NCBI GenBank assembly: GCA_046153355.1
Contig: JBJXEY010000096.1
Coordinates: 1-10,226, forward strand
Reading direction: 5' to 3'
From: Burkholderiales bacterium
GTDB lineage: Bacteria > Pseudomonadota > Gammaproteobacteria > Burkholderiales > SG8-39
DNA length: 10,226 nt
The notes under the pieces: model-generated
Told to the model about the DNA's origin: nothing
The model's input: the letters and a program-made list of their open reading frames with translations, nothing else
The model's database searches: none
In this document: one piece after another, positions 6,886 through 10,226 of the stretch
Layout of the letters: every line of letters begins with the position of its first letter
Numbering within the stretch: the first letter of the stretch is position 1
Program-made: the position numbers and the translations under genes

Positions 6886-6887
6886 TT

Positions 6888-6963
6888 TGGCGAACCGTGC
6901 GGGGCTCGAACCCGCTACCACCGGCTTGAAGGGCCGGGCGCGCGGCGCTTTGCATTGCGGTTC
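6888..6963 (-). tRNA. tRNA-Glu(TTC)-like, non-canonical (C33, A8, degenerate D-arm lacking G18G19, C.A at 7:66), CCA encoded
   Basis: GAACCGC AA TGC AAAGCGCCGC GCG C CCGGC CCTTCAA GCCGG TGGTA GCGGG TTCGAGC CCCGC ACGGTTC G CCA. The T-arm and anticodon stem are perfect. It starts 2 nt after the Arg(ACG) gene. Confidence 0.5.
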
Positions 6964-6986
6964 CTAAAATTGATATTTCTGCCAGC

Positions 6987-7048
6987 CCACCCGGCGAGGT
7001 ACAAAGGGAATCGTGTGTGAGGTCACGATTCGCCCGCCTCGCCGGGTG
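6987..7048. other. 62-nt compound hairpin (12-bp outer stem, 8-bp inner stem) in the spacer between the Glu-like and Leu-like tRNA genes
   Basis: Outer stem CACCCGGCGAGG (6987-6998) / CCTCGCCGGGTG (7037-7048). Inner stem GAATCGTG (7008-7015) / CACGATTC (7024-7031) with an 8-nt loop. No U-tract follows on either strand. Confidence 0.5.
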
Positions 7049-7135
7049 ACGACAGAACTTATTGCCACATCCAAATTTTCAAAGAGCAATCCGCCTTGTT
7101 CCGGTCTCTATGCCGGCGCGGTTACAGCAAATTCC

Positions 7136-7213
7136 TGGTGCCCCACCCGAGATTCGAACTCGGAGAATCCGGTTTCTAAGACCGGCGCGTATGCCAGATT
7201 CCGCCAGCGGGAC
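7136..7213 (-). tRNA. tRNA-Leu(TAG)-like with short (5-nt) variable loop, i.e. class-I architecture; A73; CCA encoded
   Basis: GTCCCGC TG GCG G AATCTGGCATA CGC G CCGGT CTTAGAA ACCGG ATTCT CCGAG TTCGAAT CTCGG GTGGGGC A CCA. The D-arm is Leu-type (GCG/CGC 3-bp stem, long D-loop). The acceptor pairs with two G.U. There is no long variable arm. Confidence 0.6.
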
Positions 7214-7235
7214 ATTGCTAAAAATCGAACGGACA

Positions 7236-7275
7236 ACAAAAAGCCCGGGGACCTTGCGGATCAACCCGGGCTTTG
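7236..7275 (-). terminator. Intrinsic terminator (minus-strand orientation) 22 nt upstream of the first tRNA of the array
   Basis: Minus strand reads AAGCCCGGG-TTGATCCGCAAGGTC-CCCGGGCTT followed by TTTTGTTG. The plus strand has the same stem but only a weak T-rich tail. Confidence 0.6.
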
Positions 7276-7634
7276 CTGTTCGTTCTATTGAACGCTTACA
7301 TCAAAAACTTCTCCCGAATTGTTCCTGTCCGCTTCGGCTCATGACCGCCATTTAGCGAAAAGCCGGCGGTATAGGAGTCGCGGTCATTTACCTGCGCCAG
7401 TCGCGTGGTCGCGATTGACACCGGAACGACGATGGACCAAGCGAAACACCGAGCGTCTGGCGACATTGATCCCACGGCGCTACGCCGCTCTATCGATCTC
7501 TGGAATGTGGCTGTGTTCGGTTGCATGGCTTTGGCTTACTTCGATTCCTGGTTAAACGGGGTCGCATCAGGTCTGGATACGATGACAACGCAGCAGAGTC
7601 TAAACAGCGTTTTACTGCTTGTCAATCATTTTAT

Positions 7635-7669
7635 GCAAGTATATTTCATATTCTGTAAGGTTTGCTATA
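7635..7669 (+). promoter_or_regulatory. Sigma70-type promoter with extended -10 (TGcTATAAT) for the XRE regulator gene
   Basis: TATAAT at 7664-7669 is preceded by TGC (TGn), with a weak -35 (ATTTCA) 17 nt upstream. It lies in an AT-rich stretch ~30 nt upstream of the RBS GAGGG and the ATG at 7701. Confidence 0.5.
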
Positions 7670-7700
7670 ATTCAGGCTTCGATTTGTGAGGGTCGAATCC

Positions 7701-7943
7701 ATGACATCCAGTACTGCAAAGCCGCGCCGGCTCAAATGGCGCACCCGCGTAGTAATGGCCGAACGCGGCGTTCGTTCCGTATCAGCGCTTCGCCGCAAAC
7801 TTGAGGATCTGGGCATTTCCATCTCCGATGCCCAACTGGGCCGCATCATTGACGGCAGATCCAGTCATTTCAATTCCATTGTCGTCGGCGGACTGTTGAC
7901 GGCCTTGAACTGCGGTTTGACTGACCTATTCGCTGTTGCCTAG
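7701..7943 (+). CDS. XRE-family (Cro/CI-type) helix-turn-helix transcriptional regulator, 80 aa
   Basis: The ORF-track 7686..7943 frame is trimmed to ATG 7701 (GAGGG 8 nt upstream). The HTH_XRE pattern is RVVMAERGVRSVSALRRKLEDLGISISDAQLGRIIDGRSSHFNSIVVGGLLTAL. Confidence 0.7.
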   Translation: MTSSTAKPRRLKWRTRVVMAERGVRSVSALRRKLEDLGISISDAQLGRIIDGRSSHFNSIVVGGLLTALNCGLTDLFAVA

Positions 7944-7954
7944 TCCAAAAAGCA

Positions 7955-7988
7955 AAAAACCCGGAAAGCCTTAGCTGTCCGGGTTTTG
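7955..7988 (+). terminator. Rho-independent terminator of the XRE regulator gene
   Basis: AAAAACCCGG-aaagccttagctgt-CCGGGTTTTG, a GC stem followed by a T-run, 12 nt after the TAG stop. Confidence 0.7.
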
Positions 7989-8077
7989 AGTGAACGCTCT
8001 GCATTCGCCGCTATTGATGGTCCTCCGGACGAAGGATTGACTGTTTTTGGTTGCCATGCTGACGAGAATTTCTCGCC

Positions 8078-8115
8078 GGGCATAGCTCAGCGATTTGCCA
8101 TTCGAACGAGCGCAT
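8078..8115 (+). other. Possible decayed tRNA fragment (GGGCATAGCTCAGCG ... TTCGAACGAGCGC)
   Basis: Contains the tRNA-diagnostic U8-A14 string TAGCTCAG and a T-loop-like TTCGAAC ~15 nt later. It cannot be folded into a complete cloverleaf. Confidence 0.25.
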
Positions 8116-8385
8116 TCCTCGCAAGCTTCGCAAGATAGGTAGGTTGCCTGGCTGAATCATCATCGGTGCAAAAGGGTGGCTGTGTTTGCCGCCGCGTTCA
8201 TGTAACAAAAGGGCGTGAAGTGTCCCCCAACCTTCCGCTAGCGTCAATAGAAAAGGCGATTTTGGCCATCTATATCATCTGTTGATACAATGCGGGATGC
8301 ATGAAGACCCCGGAATCGAATCCCTGCTTGACCTCCATGGAGAGATCATTGATCAGGATCAAGGTTATTTGGTCAAAAGAGAAAA

Positions 8386-8733
8386 ATGAAAGCTACCGTG
8401 ATTGGCATCATGTCGCAAAGCAAAATTCGCGAGAGAATATTGTCGATCGCCCGTGGAGAGTACAAACCCAAACCTGATGAGCCGAAAATCTGGTTTACCT
8501 CAATGCGATCACTTGCCGAAGTGTTGAGCGACGAGAATCGCGCGCTTCTAAAGATTATCGAAGATACCAAGCCCCAGTCCATATCCTCCTTGGCGCAGGC
8601 AACCGGCCGCAAGCCGGGCAACCTTTCACGTACCCTCAATACAATGTCGAATTACGGCATTGTCGAGATGAAACGCGAGCGCAATCAGGTGCGCCCGATA
8701 GCGAAGGCCACTGAGTTTCGAATTGTTGCGTAG
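8386..8733 (+). CDS. Small winged-HTH (ArsR/MarR-like) putative DNA-binding protein / predicted transcriptional regulator, 115 aa
   Basis: The ORF resembles the COG4190-like small regulator architecture: N-terminal region ...SIARGEYKPKPDEPKIWFTSMRSLAEVLSDENRALLKII, then a wHTH (PQSISSLAQATGRKPGNLSRTLNTMSNYGIVEMKRE) and a C-terminal strand. The family assignment is from memory and was not searched. Confidence 0.55.
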   Translation: MKATVIGIMSQSKIRERILSIARGEYKPKPDEPKIWFTSMRSLAEVLSDENRALLKIIEDTKPQSISSLAQATGRKPGNLSRTLNTMSNYGIVEMKRERNQVRPIAKATEFRIVA

Positions 8734-8754
8734 CGCCGACCCTGACCCGATCTG

Positions 8755-9735
8755 TTAGTCGGCTGTCGCTCCCGAAACCGCCACCACCTCGGCCCAACGC
8801 GCCACGTCATCGCGAAACTGCTTGGCAAATTCATCGAGGGTATTGCCCACCGGCTCGGCGCCTTGCTCCAACATGCGTTGGCGTAGGGCCGGTGTATTTG
8901 CCGCCGCGATAACACCGTTGGCCAAGGTTGTCAGGATCGGGCGTGGCGTCGCCGCTGGCGCCAACAAGCCATACCACAGCACCACCTCCACCCCATCCAG
9001 ACCGGCCTCTTTGATGGTCGGCACTTCGGGCATTAGGCTTGTGCGCTTGGTCCCCGCCACGCCCAAGGCACGCAGTCGCCCCGCCTTGACCTGCTGGCCT
9101 ATCGCCACTGGATTGATGAAGCTCAACTGCACTTCGCCCGCCATGAGAGCGGTAATGGAGGGCGCGCTACCCTTGTAGGGCACATGCACGATCTTGGTGG
9201 CAGCGCGCAGGTTAAACAGTTCGCCCGCCAGATGTTGCGTGGTGCCCGATCCCGCCGACGCGTAATTGAGCGTGCCCGGTTTGGCGCGAGCTAAATCGAT
9301 AAGCTCCTTGATGGTTTTAACGGGCAAAGACGAGGGCACCACCAAAATATTGGTGCTATCGGAGAACACTGATACCGGCACGAAGTCGCGGAGCGCGTCG
9401 TATGGTGGATTCTTATAGAGCGACATGTTGATTGCCACCGCAGGACTGGTAAACAAAAGCGTGTAACCATCCGGGGTCGCTTTGGCAACGGCTTCATTGG
9501 CGATATTGGTACCCGCGCCGGGGCGGTTCTCCACCTGCACCTGCTGGTTGAAAATTTCCGTCAGTCGCGATGCCAATAACCTGGCATTGATATCGACGCC
9601 GCCCCCAGGGGCGAAACCCACCAACAGGCGAATTGGCCGGCTTGGGTAGGCCTGCGCAAAAGCGCTGGCACCCGTCAGAACTAAAGCCATCCACGCAACC
9701 ATGCGCAAATACCAAAGCGGCGCCGGGCGATTCAT
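8755..9735 (-). CDS. Tripartite tricarboxylate transporter substrate-binding protein, Bug/TctC family
   Basis: 326-aa ORF with a signal peptide (MNRPAPLWYLRMVAWMALVLTGASAFAQA). It shows Bug-family features (YPSRPIRLLVGFAPGGGVD, ENRPGAGT, PDGYTLL). GAGGG RBS is present. The start lies 3 nt after the cupin gene stop, so the two form an operon. Confidence 0.85.
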   Translation of the reverse strand: MNRPAPLWYLRMVAWMALVLTGASAFAQAYPSRPIRLLVGFAPGGGVDINARLLASRLTEIFNQQVQVENRPGAGTNIANEAVAKATPDGYTLLFTSPAVAINMSLYKNPPYDALRDFVPVSVFSDSTNILVVPSSLPVKTIKELIDLARAKPGTLNYASAGSGTTQHLAGELFNLRAATKIVHVPYKGSAPSITALMAGEVQLSFINPVAIGQQVKAGRLRALGVAGTKRTSLMPEVPTIKEAGLDGVEVVLWYGLLAPAATPRPILTTLANGVIAAANTPALRQRMLEQGAEPVGNTLDEFAKQFRDDVARWAEVVAVSGATAD

Positions 9736-9738
9736 GGC

Positions 9739-10221
9739 CTATCCCTCGGTTCCAAGGTGTTTTGCCTCGAAGCTGGGCAGCTTGGCATCCACCAGCACGA
9801 AGGCAATTACGCATGGCACCGTGCCCTTATTCACCCAGTTGTGAATGGTGCCGCGCTGCACCAGGATGTCACCGGTTTTCAAAGTCACGACAACACCGTC
9901 GTCCAGTTCCATGTCGATCTCACCGGCCATCACCACCGCATAGTCGATTGAGGCGGTGCGGTGATTGCGCGGCGTGGCGCCGGGTTGATATTCGACAATG
10001 CGAAACACCGTGCCCCCGGCATGCGCGGTACTCACCGTTTTTAACCCGCCGTCTTCTTCGTCACTCAGATCGGCGGGAATGCTATCGGTGCTCCATGCGA
10101 GACATGCAGTAACCCCTGGCCGCAAGGAGGAGATGCTGGCCGTCGGCACCGAATCCATTTTCACCATGGCGCGCCCGTTTTGGTCATGGCCGGTCACCAC
10201 GCGTCTGATTTGCAATGCCAT
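9739..10221 (-). CDS. Cupin-domain protein (cupin_2-like small barrel)
   Basis: 160-aa ORF with a cupin signature region (GATPRNHRTASIDYAVVMAGEIDMELDDG...LKTGDILVQRGTIHNWVN). The start codon is 5 nt from the window edge, so the true start and RBS could lie outside the window. Confidence 0.7.
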   Translation of the reverse strand: MALQIRRVVTGHDQNGRAMVKMDSVPTASISSLRPGVTACLAWSTDSIPADLSDEEDGGLKTVSTAHAGGTVFRIVEYQPGATPRNHRTASIDYAVVMAGEIDMELDDGVVVTLKTGDILVQRGTIHNWVNKGTVPCVIAFVLVDAKLPSFEAKHLGTEG

Positions 10222-10226
10222 GTGAG

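Noticed and set aside
7136-7213. tmRNA (ssrA) 3' tRNA-like domain instead of a tRNA
   Set aside because: A complete cloverleaf with its own 5' acceptor strand (GTCCCGC) is present locally. No complementary 5' partner or tag reading frame was found in the ~400 nt upstream.
6073-7355. Multiple 60-137 aa ORFs on both strands across the tRNA array (e.g. 6073..6318+, 6607..7020+, 6694..6921-)
   Set aside because: They are translations of tRNA genes and their antisense strands (recurrent IELTTSG... and LSY motifs). They are not protein-coding.
7296-7689. Small ORFs 7296..7526 (-), 7319..7555 (+) and 7405..7689 (+) in the leader region
   Set aside because: They have no Shine-Dalgarno, overlap one another and the XRE promoter, and show low-complexity Arg-rich or unremarkable composition. 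The 7296..7526 ORF does end 20 nt before the terminator, so it cannot be fully excluded, but the evidence is insufficient.
8011-8247. 78-aa minus-strand ORF
   Set aside because: It has no RBS and no recognisable domain, and it overlaps the tRNA-like fragment. It is likely a non-coding intergenic region.
1-10226. CRISPR arrays, insertion-sequence terminal inverted repeats, integrase or transposase genes
   Set aside because: No regularly spaced direct repeats, no transposase-like or integrase-like ORFs, and no long terminal inverted repeats were seen anywhere in the window.

Overview
The window is from a high-GC proteobacterium, Burkholderiales-like on the evidence of the two Bug/TctC-type periplasmic binding proteins. 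It has three parts. (1) Positions 1-3900 hold chromosomal metabolic and transport genes: a partial TctC/Bug binding protein, an FGE/SUMF1-domain lipoprotein, an enolase-superfamily (mandelate racemase/muconate-lactonizing enzyme) protein and a secreted MBL-fold hydrolase. (2) Positions 3946-8750 are an accessory-looking block. It starts with a co-directional SPFH/band-7 (no transmembrane segment) and HNH-endonuclease gene pair. Next comes a dense minus-strand array of 11 tRNA/tRNA-like genes, spaced 2-8 nt apart and interrupted by two ~150-170 nt structured spacers; several members are clearly non-canonical. A lower-GC stretch follows, carrying an intrinsic terminator, a small XRE-family HTH regulator with an extended -10 promoter and its own terminator, and an orphan winged-HTH protein. 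(3) Positions 8755-10226 hold a second TctC/Bug binding protein and a cupin-domain protein in an operon. The most notable content is the tRNA array. Its irregular members are a class-I Leu(UAG)-like tRNA without the long variable arm, a CAU tRNA-like gene with a 6-nt anticodon loop, a Glu(UUC)-like gene with C33, and Phe and Thr genes with a bulged T-stem. The adjacent SPFH+HNH two-gene module is the second point of interest. All calls come from manual translation and hand folding; no database searches were possible.
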